Positions 47,112 to 56,330 of a stretch of 64,000 nucleotides of DNA are shown here, one piece after another (the first letter of the stretch is position 1; each line of letters starts with the position of its first letter). The stretch lies in the IMG/VR virus record IMGVR_UViG_3300037408_000437, positions 3,897 through 67,896 of that record; one strand, given 5' to 3'. A model generated the notes under the pieces. The model was not told where the DNA came from. It worked only from the letters and a program-made list of their open reading frames with translations, and searched no databases. A program made the position numbers and the translations under genes. Source of the stretch: a virus. Taxonomy: Duplodnaviria > Caudoviricetes.

Positions 47112-47649
47112 GCAACGTTACCCCTTCTGACTTGTTGTACGATCCGACTTTAGCATACGACCGCTCATCGGGGGCTGGCTCAGCGTCATAAAAAATAGCT
47201 TGGCCGCACCTCATGCCGGGCCGAATGCGAAGATAATGGTACTCGGACCAGTTCTTAAGCTCCAACGTCAGATTAGAGCCGTGCCACCCTGGATCGGCAA
47301 ATCCAGCGAGCGCATGATTCAAGCCTGCCCGCCCCAGCGAAGAATTCAACCTATAATTGAAGGCGACGCTTTTTGGGAGGTTAAATACTTCGCAAGTAGA
47401 CGCCAGCAAAAACATTCCCGGTGGCATAAGAAACCCAGCTTCGGTCAGCTCTACCCGGATGTAGCCGGGGAATTGTCGAGGTTTCGCAGCAAGATCGACC
47501 TGCACAATCTGGTTGTCATGCCGAGCTTCGACAAAAATAATATCACCCAGCGTCAGATCGATGCTGTTGCCGTTGATGTTTTCAGGATCAACGTTCTCGA
47601 TTACCCTGTCTTCTACGAATTTACAAAGCGTCTTGTATCCGAAGATCAT
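47104..47649 (-). CDS. dcd: dCTP deaminase
   Basis: SIDLTLG, PGMFLLAST.E, SSLGRAGL, AGFADPGW.G.LTLEL.N, GMR.GQ. Confidence 0.9.
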   Translation of the reverse strand: MIFGYKTLCKFVEDRVIENVDPENINGNSIDLTLGDIIFVEARHDNQIVQVDLAAKPRQFPGYIRVELTEAGFLMPPGMFLLASTCEVFNLPKSVAFNYRLNSSLGRAGLNHALAGFADPGWHGSNLTLELKNWSEYHYLRIRPGMRCGQAIFYDAEPAPDERSYAKVGSYNKSEGVTLRE

Positions 47650-47825
47650 TTCTGCACCGCCTCTTCAGCCTTAAGCATGTCGTACATGCCCATCAACTCA
47701 GCCCACATGGTATCGGGAATCCGGATATAGCCGTCAGTCACCTGAGACGACGAACCTTGAGTGCATTCATCCAGACTCTCCAAAAGCTCCATTAACTCAT
47801 TCAGTTGCTCGACCGTGATTAACAT
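47646..47825 (-). CDS. 59-aa acidic hypothetical protein, not in the ORF track
   Basis: My translation: MLITVEQLNELMELLESLDEC...; ATGA overlap with dcd. Confidence 0.5.
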   Translation of the reverse strand: MLITVEQLNELMELLESLDECTQGSSSQVTDGYIRIPDTMWAELMGMYDMLKAEEAVQK

Positions 47826-48370
47826 GATCCACCCCCCTCCCCTTTTTCGTTCATTATTGACCTGGTCTCAATTGTAGCAATGATACGCCGTTTACATTCG
47901 TCTACAGCTCCTACGAGCGCAGCTACAAACGCTGCGCTACCAAACTCCACCCACTCTTCATCTACGATTTGTTTAGCGTAATCTTCGCAAATCCCCACAG
48001 CCTCGATCATCGCAGCATCCCACGCGTCGCGGTTGGACTGGGGAACATCGACGTGTTCTCCGTAGTATGAAACGGCCCATTTATCAAAAGTCGTGCTACG
48101 GCCATCAGTCGAAGCCCCAGATGACCCTACAGGCGCTACCCCGACTACACGATTATGCTTATCCATCGCAGCAACACAGATAACAGGGATAAAACGGCCT
48201 TGTTCGTCGAGATAGTCGTTACCCGACTTCGGGAACGTGATGTCACCCAAATTCCAAAGACCTGCGAGAAATGGGACCCTTCGATATCCGTCATAGGATA
48301 CCTCTCCTGTCGGGTTGACTTCCCCGACGGTAACCATCATGGTAAACATCGCTGCTGCGTAGGTTTTCAT
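47819..48370 (-). CDS. Hypothetical protein
   Basis: 183 aa; AGGTAA RBS. Confidence 0.55.
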   Translation of the reverse strand: MKTYAAAMFTMMVTVGEVNPTGEVSYDGYRRVPFLAGLWNLGDITFPKSGNDYLDEQGRFIPVICVAAMDKHNRVVGVAPVGSSGASTDGRSTTFDKWAVSYYGEHVDVPQSNRDAWDAAMIEAVGICEDYAKQIVDEEWVEFGSAAFVAALVGAVDECKRRIIATIETRSIMNEKGEGGGSC

Positions 48371-48396
48371 TTACCTTTAGCCCCCTCCCAGTTGCG

Positions 48397-48420
48397 CAAA
48401 AGGCCGACGAGCGCCGGCCT
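48397..48420 (-). terminator. Terminator after the H-NS gene
   Basis: AGGCCGGCG-CT-CGTCGGCCT followed by TTT on the minus strand. Confidence 0.55.
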
Positions 48421-48443
48421 CCTGTTAAAACGATAACGTGTTA

Positions 48444-48767
48444 TCAACCCACCAGAAAATCTTCCAGCTTGGCGCCAGCGGCGATCTCGCTGGTCAGCCA
48501 CGCAGGCTGCTTGCCGCGCCCGGACCAGGCCAGGTTGGGGTCGTGCTTGGAGCGGTACTTGACAGTGGGGATAACCGGGAACAATTCAGAGAACACGGCG
48601 TAGACGGAGCGATTGGTGGTGTCGGCCAGCATTTGCAGGTCTTCCTTGATGCGGGTCTTCTGCCCTTCAACGGACTGGTTGATCTTAGCGGCCACCAATT
48701 CAGACAGGTTCAGCAGATCGTTCAACGGAAGCGCGTCGAGGTTAGCAGTGGTATCGGTCATAAACAT
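48444..48767 (-). CDS. hns: H-NS family nucleoid-associated protein
   Basis: N-terminal oligomerisation helix plus VKYR...AWSGRGKQPAWL...G.KLEDFLV DNA-binding signature. Confidence 0.92.
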   Translation of the reverse strand: MFMTDTTANLDALPLNDLLNLSELVAAKINQSVEGQKTRIKEDLQMLADTTNRSVYAVFSELFPVIPTVKYRSKHDPNLAWSGRGKQPAWLTSEIAAGAKLEDFLVG

Positions 48768-48808
48768 AGCTCCAAAAAGTTAGGTGAGGTTGTCGGTACA
48801 ACAAGCTA

Positions 48809-48837
48809 ATTATAAAACCTGAATTACTAAAAGGCAA
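48809..48837 (-). promoter_or_regulatory. Sigma70 promoter for the H-NS gene
   Basis: TTGCCT-17 bp-TATAAT. Confidence 0.75.
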
Positions 48838-48849
48838 ATTTTTATGCGT

Positions 48850-49389
48850 TCAGCGTAAATTACGACGTAGTTGGTGTAGTCCGTCCGCCACGGTAGTTTT
48901 AAGCCAGCTAAAAACTTTCATGTAGCGCATTTCCCAACGCTGGTTCCACGTCGCCGGGGATACCCCCATCATGCGAGCCCTCATCCGCTTGGAAAACTGC
49001 GCGCTAGCTCCCGACCCCCCGCAATCCTGGCACGTTCGCGTCGTGCCGCCGGCTGTAATTTCACCACGCCCTTCACAGTCTGGGCAATAAAACCGAGATC
49101 GCATCTCCCACAACGCAATGACCAACAGTTGTAAGCGGTCTTCCTGACGCAAGTTATCCGCCCCCGTCATCTCCAACTCAAACTCAGCCGCCAGCCGCGC
49201 CGCCACTCCTTGCTCGGCGTAAACCCACAACAGAATATTACCGAGCCAAGCCGGCCGTACCATGCCCAGAGCCGCCGCCAAATCGGTGGGCGCCCAGCGT
49301 TCTGGCGCCGTACCCCGTGAAGTCGGCGGACCCCAGGTACCGGCCGGCCCCAGCTTGGCCAGCCATTCCGCGAGCGTTAACGTATTCAC
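48850..49389 (-). CDS. Q-like late antiterminator with Zn finger
   Basis: GTG start after GGAGG; T.DLAAALGM, CPDCEGRG...CQDCGGSG, RAR.MGVS..TW..RW. Confidence 0.7.
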   Translation of the reverse strand: MNTLTLAEWLAKLGPAGTWGPPTSRGTAPERWAPTDLAAALGMVRPAWLGNILLWVYAEQGVAARLAAEFELEMTGADNLRQEDRLQLLVIALWEMRSRFYCPDCEGRGEITAGGTTRTCQDCGGSGASAQFSKRMRARMMGVSPATWNQRWEMRYMKVFSWLKTTVADGLHQLRRNLR

Positions 49390-50843
49390 GCCGTCCTCCA
49401 GTCGCCCCGCCGTTGATACGGCTTCAGGTTGTAATAGCCCGCCGCTTGGGCATCGTAACGAACCCGGCGTATCGGCTCCGCGAAGGTCAGCGCCAGCGAG
49501 TCCGCCCGGTCGGGCGAGCTCAACCCCCGCTTCTGCATGTCCGCCTTCGATTCGAGCTGGGTTTTGCCCCGCATGTTCAGTCCGTACTCCACCGCGATAA
49601 GCTGGCTCCGCAGTTCGTCGTTGCGGAGCAGGGATACGTTGCCGTTCAGCCATTCCTTTAATCCTCCCCACATCTCGGCCCGTTTGTTGAGGTACCGGTC
49701 GTCGTTAGGCATCGCGGCCGACTGCACGTCCACCACGCGAAAGCCAAGTTGGCGCAGTCGGTCCACTACCCCGGCTCCGAGGCCTACTCCATCCACAAAT
49801 ACCACGTCAGGATCACGAGAGTCGATCAATTCAGCGACTTTCGCGGCCGTCATCATGGTATCCAACCCGCGATACTCCGTTTGATCCACCATCCGGTTGG
49901 AGGAACGGAGAGTAATCACCGTGGCGTTTGACCCAAACCGCGCCACGTCAACCCCCATCGCCAGATAGTCGTCATCTATCTCGGGGACGACGGCGCTCAT
50001 CGCCCGGTCCACCACGTCGGTGGCGAGAAACTGCACGTCGCCGACTCGGGGGAACTGCCCGTAGACGCGCACGCGAGCAAAATCGGAGTCCTCGCCGTAA
50101 ATATCTAGCCATTCGGCGATCTGGGCCTTGTTGGTCATCCGCGCGGTGCGGGAATCGACGTGCCAGGTCTTCCAGTACCTACTGCGACGCCCAAAACACT
50201 CAAAAAACGACCCGGATGACCGGGTTGGGTTGCCCATCACCACGAAAAGTACTCCCGACGTGGTGTAGGCGCCTTCGATGGTGTCCCAAATGATGTCGGG
50301 GATGGCCGAGGCTTCATCGAAAATGACCAGAACGTCGCGGGCGTGGAGGCCGGCGAAGGCCTCCGAGTTGTGTTCCGACCAGGGAATGGCATCCGCCACC
50401 CAGGTTTCCGGGAGTTCGTTGGCGCGGTAGCTGGTCGCCATCCAGGTGAACCAGTTTCGGTTGATGAGTCGCTGGTCCCAGAGCGCCAACTCACGCCACA
50501 GCTTGGTTTGAAGCTGATTTTTGGTGTTGGCGGTCGCCACGATCCCGCAGTTGGGGCGCGTGGACATGAACCACTGAACCAGCCAGGAGGCCAGTGTGGA
50601 CTTACCCACCCCGTGGCCGCTGGCGATAGCGACGCGAGTCACCGTCTGGCTGGTTTTCAAGGCCTCGCCGATGTGGTCCATCACCTCGACTTGCCAAGCA
50701 TCCGGCCCAGGCTGACTCGCCAACACCCCCGGCTCGGTCCATGGGTAAGCGTACCGCACGAAGCCGGTCGGGTTGTAAAAAAACCGGCCTACATCGTCGG
50801 CTATTTTGAGGTCGAGCCCGGTCAAAGCTTTGGGTTTAGCCAT
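49386..50843 (-). CDS. terL: Terminase large subunit
   Basis: Walker A ASGHGVGKS, Walker B VIFDEAS, GNP, nuclease GVDVARFG and SPDRADSL. Confidence 0.95.
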   Translation of the reverse strand: MAKPKALTGLDLKIADDVGRFFYNPTGFVRYAYPWTEPGVLASQPGPDAWQVEVMDHIGEALKTSQTVTRVAIASGHGVGKSTLASWLVQWFMSTRPNCGIVATANTKNQLQTKLWRELALWDQRLINRNWFTWMATSYRANELPETWVADAIPWSEHNSEAFAGLHARDVLVIFDEASAIPDIIWDTIEGAYTTSGVLFVVMGNPTRSSGSFFECFGRRSRYWKTWHVDSRTARMTNKAQIAEWLDIYGEDSDFARVRVYGQFPRVGDVQFLATDVVDRAMSAVVPEIDDDYLAMGVDVARFGSNATVITLRSSNRMVDQTEYRGLDTMMTAAKVAELIDSRDPDVVFVDGVGLGAGVVDRLRQLGFRVVDVQSAAMPNDDRYLNKRAEMWGGLKEWLNGNVSLLRNDELRSQLIAVEYGLNMRGKTQLESKADMQKRGLSSPDRADSLALTFAEPIRRVRYDAQAAGYYNLKPYQRRGDWRTA

Positions 50844-50850
50844 TCTATCC

Positions 50851-51720
50851 TTACAACAACACCGGTCGGTCGGTTATCAGGGGTTCGGGTATACCGTACA
50901 TCTCAAAGTCCACGGCTCGGAACGGCGGGACGCCCTCATCCGACCGGGCTGCCGTATAAGCCAGAGCTGGACACTGAGCTGTACCGTTCAGGCGTGGATG
51001 GTCTGGAGATACGTCAAGAAACTGCTGGAGCACGTTCGTATGACTGGAGTGCTGATAAACGTGCGCGTCACCAAACAGCCAGCGCAGCCCGCCAAGCGCT
51101 AACCCAGTATGCCGAACGCAGTATAACAGGAACCCCCAGGTCTGAATCCAGTTGTGGGGTACGCCGAGTAACATGTCGGCACTGCGCTGGTACGACGTGA
51201 AGTACAGCGCGCCGTCGCGAACAAACGCCTGCAAGAGCGTGGTGTGGCAAGTGGTGGGGGTGTTGGGGTTCTCGTTGAGCACAGTAATCCACGGCATGTC
51301 TGCCGGGCTCCACGTCGTCAGCACCAGCCGCCGTGACTCGGGGTGACGGCGTATCCCATCCAAAAATAATTCGATTTGATCGGTATGAACCGGGTGCCCA
51401 TGCCGCGTCCCCCGTAACTGCTCGCCATAACCGGCTACATACTCACCACTAGGGTTCAACTGGAGCTCCCACCACGGCAGCAGCTCGTCAGGGCATTTCG
51501 AGTCGCCCGACATGAACCACTCCCACTCCCGAAGCGCCAGCCGCCACGCCGTTTTGCGTAGAGTAATTAGTGGGGTGGTATGGAACAGTACCTGGGGCAA
51601 CTCGATGTGGGATTTGACGGGACCGTTACGGGATCGCCGGGTTGGCTGAGTGGAGATTTGCAACAACAGACGCCGATAAACGGCGTCAGCTGGTGGGGCT
51701 ATATCCTGGTAAGGTATCAT
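50851..51720 (-). CDS. thyA: Thymidylate synthase
   Basis: EW.WFMSG, LTTW, PTTCH (catalytic Cys), YQRSADMLLGVPHN, GDAHVY. Confidence 0.92.
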   Translation of the reverse strand: MIPYQDIAPPADAVYRRLLLQISTQPTRRSRNGPVKSHIELPQVLFHTTPLITLRKTAWRLALREWEWFMSGDSKCPDELLPWWELQLNPSGEYVAGYGEQLRGTRHGHPVHTDQIELFLDGIRRHPESRRLVLTTWSPADMPWITVLNENPNTPTTCHTTLLQAFVRDGALYFTSYQRSADMLLGVPHNWIQTWGFLLYCVRHTGLALGGLRWLFGDAHVYQHSSHTNVLQQFLDVSPDHPRLNGTAQCPALAYTAARSDEGVPPFRAVDFEMYGIPEPLITDRPVLL

Positions 51721-52172
51721 GGGTGGTTTCTAGGGCTCTGTTCACGCAGCACCTTCTGTTTCCGCCACATCCGCTGCAAGCGGACCTTTTGTAGCCACAG
51801 GGCGTGTTCGTCCAGCGCCTCCACGCCCAGCGGGGTGGGTCGCCGTTCGGCCTCCGCCCACCCCCGCTCCAGTTCCTCCCGAGCGCGGTTGGCACGTTCC
51901 TGGGCACGCTCCTGGGCACGCGGGGCCTGGTCTTGGGCCTGCTGGGCCTGGTCTTGAACCCGCTTGCTGGCCAGCCCCCAGCGGGCCAGCCGACTCGCCG
52001 ACTCCCGCTCAATCAGCCCGGCCTGGCGCAAGGCCTCAAGCGGGGGCTTCAAGGTATCGTAGGTGAGCCCGACGGCGCGGGCCAGCCGGTACGCCGTCAT
52101 CCAGTCCCCAGCCTGCTCCAGCGCGGCCAAAACGAGGGCCTCACGCTGTTCCCGTTCCTTCCTGCCTAACAC
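51717..52172 (-). CDS. Winged-helix domain protein
   Basis: WMTAYRLARAVGLT...LEAL...GLIER N-terminus; AQ(D/E)R/Q repeats. Confidence 0.5.
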   Translation of the reverse strand: MLGRKEREQREALVLAALEQAGDWMTAYRLARAVGLTYDTLKPPLEALRQAGLIERESASRLARWGLASKRVQDQAQQAQDQAPRAQERAQERANRAREELERGWAEAERRPTPLGVEALDEHALWLQKVRLQRMWRKQKVLREQSPRNHP

Positions 52173-52489
52173 CGCTCTTGCTCCTTTCTCAATTTGGCCG
52201 CCTGCTGGTACGCCGCGTCGGCGCTTGGGCTAGTCGGCCACCCGCGCAGCACCACCTTCATCGTCTGGCGTTGGGGTTTCGGCGACAGGTAGTCAGCCCG
52301 CAGGCGAGCGTTAGCCTCCGGCGTCCAGCGAAACAGCGACCGGCGCGGCAAGTTCAGGGTGTGTATCCGGCGGCTAACCCGGTCAACGGTGATGTTCAGC
52401 CGGCTGGCGATGTCAGCCAGGGGGGCGCCAGCCGCGCGCATCTCCAGGAGTATGGCGGTTTCGGCGGGGGTCCAGAGGCGTCGGTTCAC
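52166..52489 (-). CDS. HTH/Myb-like protein
   Basis: WTPAE...L..M...G....DIA..L...RV; second WTPE repeat. Confidence 0.55.
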   Translation of the reverse strand: MNRRLWTPAETAILLEMRAAGAPLADIASRLNITVDRVSRRIHTLNLPRRSLFRWTPEANARLRADYLSPKPQRQTMKVVLRGWPTSPSADAAYQQAAKLRKEQERC

Positions 52490-52896
52490 GGGCGCGTCGT
52501 CCGGGGGTTCGCGGTGAGGGGGAGGTCGTCGCAGCCGTGCGGCCAGACTCGGTCACAGGACGCGGATACCACCACAAGATCGTCAAGCTTGAGCGCGCGC
52601 AGGTGAGCGACCAGAGCTTCCTGGGCGCGAATGGATGGCGCGAACGGGTCATCCGAGGCCACGCGGACGACCACTGAAGGGTGGAGCCAGAGTGTGTAGG
52701 TTTTACTCTGGCGGGATTTATCGGTATGGTACGCCAGCAATTCCAAGTAAAGCGACTCAGGTATCTCTATCCAGCTTTCTTCCAAGGAGGCTTCGCTTTC
52801 CACGTCGCAATAAACCCTCCAATAATACTTACCGTCTTTTGTTGTAACCTGCAAGCACCCACGGTAATTTGCGCAATCTTCGAATTCGAAAATCAT
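52486..52896 (-). CDS. Hypothetical protein
   Basis: 136 aa, ATGA overlap. Confidence 0.45.
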   Translation of the reverse strand: MIFEFEDCANYRGCLQVTTKDGKYYWRVYCDVESEASLEESWIEIPESLYLELLAYHTDKSRQSKTYTLWLHPSVVVRVASDDPFAPSIRAQEALVAHLRALKLDDLVVVSASCDRVWPHGCDDLPLTANPRTTRP

Positions 52897-53126
52897 GTGG
52901 GGTACCCTTCACTACCAGCAGTGTAACTACTCTTTGGAGCAGGGACAAAAGTAAACGTTGATGATGAGTATAGTGCTTGTTGGTTCGCCGTATCGAATAC
53001 CTGTTCGGCGGCGCTCGCCATGAATAAGGATAGCTGTTCTTTATCCATGGCCCCAGAAATTAAGTAGCAATCATTAAGTACCTCAATAATCGCTATCTGC
53101 AACTTCGCTTTGTCTTTAGTTAGCAC
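52893..53126 (-). CDS. Hypothetical protein
   Basis: 77 aa, packed in operon. Confidence 0.45.
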   Translation of the reverse strand: MLTKDKAKLQIAIIEVLNDCYLISGAMDKEQLSLFMASAAEQVFDTANQQALYSSSTFTFVPAPKSSYTAGSEGYPT

Positions 53127-53331
53127 CTGTTACCACCACGGCGGACGCCAAGTTTTCTCGAACAGCCATCGGGAGAATATAAACCACCAGACAGCAAGAA
53201 ATAGAACCAGAACTATCGCTAGCGCTCCCAGACCAACGGCGTATAAGAGCCACACCGGGATGTCCAGGGTCATTCTGGCCCACCCCGATCCACCACGCCG
53301 CCAAGACCGGTACTCCGTAGGTCGTTATCAT
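53116..53331 (-). CDS. Small membrane protein
   Basis: Hydrophobic 71-aa ORF. Confidence 0.35.
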   Translation of the reverse strand: MITTYGVPVLAAWWIGVGQNDPGHPGVALIRRWSGSASDSSGSISCCLVVYILPMAVRENLASAVVVTGAN

Positions 53332-53580
53332 TCATAACACATCTCCCGGTCGAGCCTTGCTGGTATCGGGGATCGTCGCCTCGATCACCGTCCGCTGGCC
53401 CCGCCCCCAACAGGCTCGGTGGACGGCTCCACACTCCGGGCACAATAACGGGGTGGTGTGGGTGTTGTGGTTACACGACGGGTTTCCGCAGATGGGGGGT
53501 TTGAGAACGGCGCCGCAGGAGCAGAGGAACGCCTCGATGGGATCGGCGTCAATCCGCATCGGCGGTCTCCAATCCCTCAA
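53332..53580 (-). CDS. Zn-ribbon protein
   Basis: CSCG...CGNPSC...CPECG...C. Confidence 0.5.
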   Translation of the reverse strand: MRDWRPPMRIDADPIEAFLCSCGAVLKPPICGNPSCNHNTHTTPLLCPECGAVHRACWGRGQRTVIEATIPDTSKARPGDVL

Positions 53581-53944
53581 GCACGGCTTCCAGGACCTCC
53601 ACCATTATCTGAGGGTCATGCAACGCCGCGTGGTACAGCCCATCTTTAAACCCGCGCGACGGTTCGTCGCAGAGGCCTTCAAGGAACCGCTCCAGCGGAC
53701 AACCGGCGCATGAGTCCGATAAATTACGAGCATAGTACTTCAGGCACAACGCGCACGACGCGCCGTGATACATAGGGTCGATAAAGTCGCTATTACTTAC
53801 TTCGTGAGCAGTAAGGATTTCCGGCGGCAGCCCCCGCCACTTGCGCAGGGCGTGGGCCACCAGTTCCCGGTCGGAGGCTCCGCGCGCCACCACGTCTCGG
53901 GCTGAAATCGGGTAATACTCGGCTTCCCAACTTTCAAAACTCAT
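53549..53944 (-). CDS. Hypothetical phage protein
   Basis: WEAEYYP...LRKWRGL...CALC...CAGCPL pattern. Confidence 0.6.
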   Translation of the reverse strand: MSFESWEAEYYPISARDVVARGASDRELVAHALRKWRGLPPEILTAHEVSNSDFIDPMYHGASCALCLKYYARNLSDSCAGCPLERFLEGLCDEPSRGFKDGLYHAALHDPQIMVEVLEAVLEGLETADAD

Positions 53945-53947
53945 GGG

Positions 53948-54181
53948 TCAGGCCACTTGGGGTTGGTGGGGCGGTGGAGCGACGGGCTGGGGGAGCGACG
54001 CGGGTCTGGCAACGGCGCGAGCCAGCCGCCAGCCTTGACAACCCTGCTTGCCACAGTCGCACGCCACGGCATCGAAGCCGCTGGCGGTGATGGCGTCCCA
54101 GGGTATGGACGAGTGGTTCTGGCGATGCCTGATCCACATCTCCCGAGTAAGCGGCGTGGGGGTGGCATTGAAGAGTTTCAT
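53948..54181 (-). CDS. Hypothetical Cys-containing protein
   Basis: CDCG..GC.GW; ATGA overlap with terS. Confidence 0.5.
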   Translation of the reverse strand: MKLFNATPTPLTREMWIRHRQNHSSIPWDAITASGFDAVACDCGKQGCQGWRLARAVARPASLPQPVAPPPHQPQVA

Positions 54182-55008
54182 GGTCCGTCCTCCAGGTCCA
54201 TAACCGTTCGTTCGACGTACTCGGTTCGTTCGATGCGCAGGTGCTCGTGGTGAGCTGGGTGGGGCTGGTGAGTCAGGGCTGGCCGGTCGGGTGGGTTCAG
54301 ATCGATCAGCGCGGCCTGGGCGCGAGAGCGGGCTTGCTCCAGCCGGTCAACGATGCTGATATCAACCTGCACGTCGAGTTTCTCGGCCAGCAGTCCCTGG
54401 TGCTTGGCCAACAGCTCCAGGGCCTTGAGCTTATCGACGCCCTTTACCTTCACGGAAGTAGTCCCGTCACGGGCCGTGGTGTGGGTGATCTCCGTCACGA
54501 TACCCCGTTTGGCGCGCGGCAGGGACTCGGAAGGGATCATGGAGGGCCGGCCATCGGCGTCCCAGGACATCACGTCGGTGAGGTCGCCCATGGCCAGATT
54601 ATAGAGCTGGCGGAGGGTCAGCTCCGGCGCCAGGTCAATGGGGCCTTCGTTGGTGTCGAGCAGCAGCCGGACCAGGAGCATGACCGGATGCCGGGGGTCG
54701 CGGGTCATGGCGAGGCGCAAGGAACTGGCGAGCTTCCCGGCTCGGTCTGGGTCGAGGGTATTCGCTTCGGCCAACGCCTCGACGGCCTGCTCGTAATTGA
54801 ATCCGCAGTACACCAGGGCCATGGCCAGGAGCTTTTCCAGCATGGCGGCCGGGGCCTGGTTGGGACCCACCAGGGCGGCATCCAGGAGCTCGGGTTGGAA
54901 CCCCATGTCGCGGAGCACGCGACGTAGCGTCAGGAAGCGGGCGACCAGCGCCTGGCGACGGGTGGGATCGCGGAGGGTGAGCAGGTCCAGGCGAGCGATA
55001 TCGAGCAT
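54178..55008 (-). CDS. terS: Terminase small subunit
   Basis: LA.GD.TD...WD..G...LP...I.EI...DG...VKV...DKLKALELLAKHQG. Confidence 0.75.
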   Translation of the reverse strand: MLDIARLDLLTLRDPTRRQALVARFLTLRRVLRDMGFQPELLDAALVGPNQAPAAMLEKLLAMALVYCGFNYEQAVEALAEANTLDPDRAGKLASSLRLAMTRDPRHPVMLLVRLLLDTNEGPIDLAPELTLRQLYNLAMGDLTDVMSWDADGRPSMIPSESLPRAKRGIVTEITHTTARDGTTSVKVKGVDKLKALELLAKHQGLLAEKLDVQVDISIVDRLEQARSRAQAALIDLNPPDRPALTHQPHPAHHEHLRIERTEYVERTVMDLEDGP

Positions 55009-55215
55009 TTACGGCGGGGTCTCGGGCGCGGTGGCGCGGCGTCCGTCGGGGCCCGGGGGTAACTCCTCGACGACGTGTACGCCTTCCACCGGTTTCCAGA
55101 AGTGGTTCCCGTACAGATTGGAGAGTTTAACGTAGAGCCCGGAAGGAGAGTATTCCAGGATATAGCACTCGATGGGGTCGAGGCCGCGAGAGCTAATTAA
55201 CACACGTCTGTTCAT
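55009..55215 (-). CDS. Hypothetical protein, first gene of the leftward operon
   Basis: Directly downstream of a consensus promoter; its stop abuts the terS ATG. Confidence 0.55.
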   Translation of the reverse strand: MNRRVLISSRGLDPIECYILEYSPSGLYVKLSNLYGNHFWKPVEGVHVVEELPPGPDGRRATAPETPP

Positions 55216-55221
55216 GCGGGA

Positions 55222-55250
55222 ATTATAAGAGATACCTTGTAGGTTGTAAA
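55222..55250 (-). promoter_or_regulatory. Sigma70 promoter for the leftward operon
   Basis: TTTACA-17 bp-TATAAT. Confidence 0.75.
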
Positions 55251-55390
55251 GGATTTTCTTCGTGCGTAGAACTATACCCCAGGATTTTTGGCACCTTCTA
55301 TAGGTAGTCCTAATTCCGGTCCGGGGTACCCCCCCTGGGGGTCACTCGGCCTTCGGCCTCGCCACTCCCGTCGATTGCTGGGTGCAACAA

Positions 55391-55436
55391 GGGGGCTATG
55401 CCGTCTGGAGTCGTGGCAATTCCGCCGAGGAGATTG
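55391..55436 (+). repeat. Early-gene leader repeat copy 1 (right arm plus RBS only)
   Basis: GGGGGCTATGCCGTCTGGAGTCGTGGCAATTCCGCCGAGGAG. Confidence 0.85.
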
Positions 55437-55790
55437 ATGATGAACGACTTTACCTTCGACCCAGCACCCGACTACGTTACCGATATAGAGTGGGGTTTCA
55501 CGCGTCGTGACGAGCAGGGGCTTGCTTATGACAGCTCGTTAGCTATCCCTGAGAGCATGGCACCGCAGTTCGTAGTCTTGCCCGAGGGCGCGTACAAGGG
55601 ATTAAGCAAGCTGGCCTGGCAAATCCGTAAGCTCGAAGCCAAACGCTTCAACACGCCCGTGATGCAAGTGAGTTGGCGCAGAGCGTTGTGGCTGGCTGTG
55701 CTGATCTCAGGGCGGCGGCACAACACCAACTCATGGTTGATGCTCGGCGTCCAGCAAGGGTTCGCCAAAGGCTACCTGGCTTGGTGCTAA
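55437..55790 (+). CDS. Early hypothetical protein
   Basis: ATG after the GAGGAG of leader copy 1. Confidence 0.6.
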   Translation: MMNDFTFDPAPDYVTDIEWGFTRRDEQGLAYDSSLAIPESMAPQFVVLPEGAYKGLSKLAWQIRKLEAKRFNTPVMQVSWRRALWLAVLISGRRHNTNSWLMLGVQQGFAKGYLAWC

Positions 55791-55795
55791 CCCAT

Positions 55796-55860
55796 AACGG
55801 CACGGTCCTTCAGGGGGCCGTGCCGTTTGGTGTTGTGGTACTAACAACAGGAGAGCAGAG
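55796..55860 (+). repeat. Early-gene leader repeat copy 2 (hairpin plus RBS)
   Basis: AACGGCACGGTCC-TTCA-GGGGGCCGTGCCGTT then GTTGTGGTA...CAGGAG. Confidence 0.9.
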
Positions 55861-56088
55861 ATGAACAAACCCTGGTACGAGCGAATGAAGACGGTAAGTA
55901 AGGAGGAGTATGACAGGCGCTTCACACCTTGGAATCATGGACGGTATGAGGCGGAGCGGTTGGAGTCATCTGGCGTACCGCCGGGGGTAAGGATAAGCGA
56001 CAGAACTACCGGCCGGATGTTGGCCGGTTGGGATAAAGATCGAGACGGAACCATCCGTTACTGGGTGGTGAAAGGGGAGCGGAAATGA
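55861..56088 (+). CDS. Early hypothetical protein
   Basis: 75 aa after leader copy 2. Confidence 0.6.
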   Translation: MNKPWYERMKTVSKEEYDRRFTPWNHGRYEAERLESSGVPPGVRISDRTTGRMLAGWDKDRDGTIRYWVVKGERK

Positions 56089-56318
56089 AAATTTCTTTTA
56101 AAGGTCACAGCCTTCGGGTCACCGACCAAGCGGCGGCGGATGCCTTGATTCCCAAGGCTCAGCGGACGGACGGGCTGTACCGGTTCCTCATCTCAGGGGA
56201 TAAAATCCTCCTGTGCTTAGGGAACACGGTGATGGCTGCGGCTCCCCTGAGCCAGCCAGAATTTCGCGTGGTTATTGAACGGGAGGACGGTGGCAGTTTG
56301 ACGCCGCCGGCTCCTTAA
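56085..56318 (+). CDS. Early hypothetical protein
   Basis: ATGA overlap, GGAG RBS. Confidence 0.55.
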   Translation: MKISFKGHSLRVTDQAAADALIPKAQRTDGLYRFLISGDKILLCLGNTVMAAAPLSQPEFRVVIEREDGGSLTPPAP

Positions 56319-56330
56319 CATCAGTAGGAG

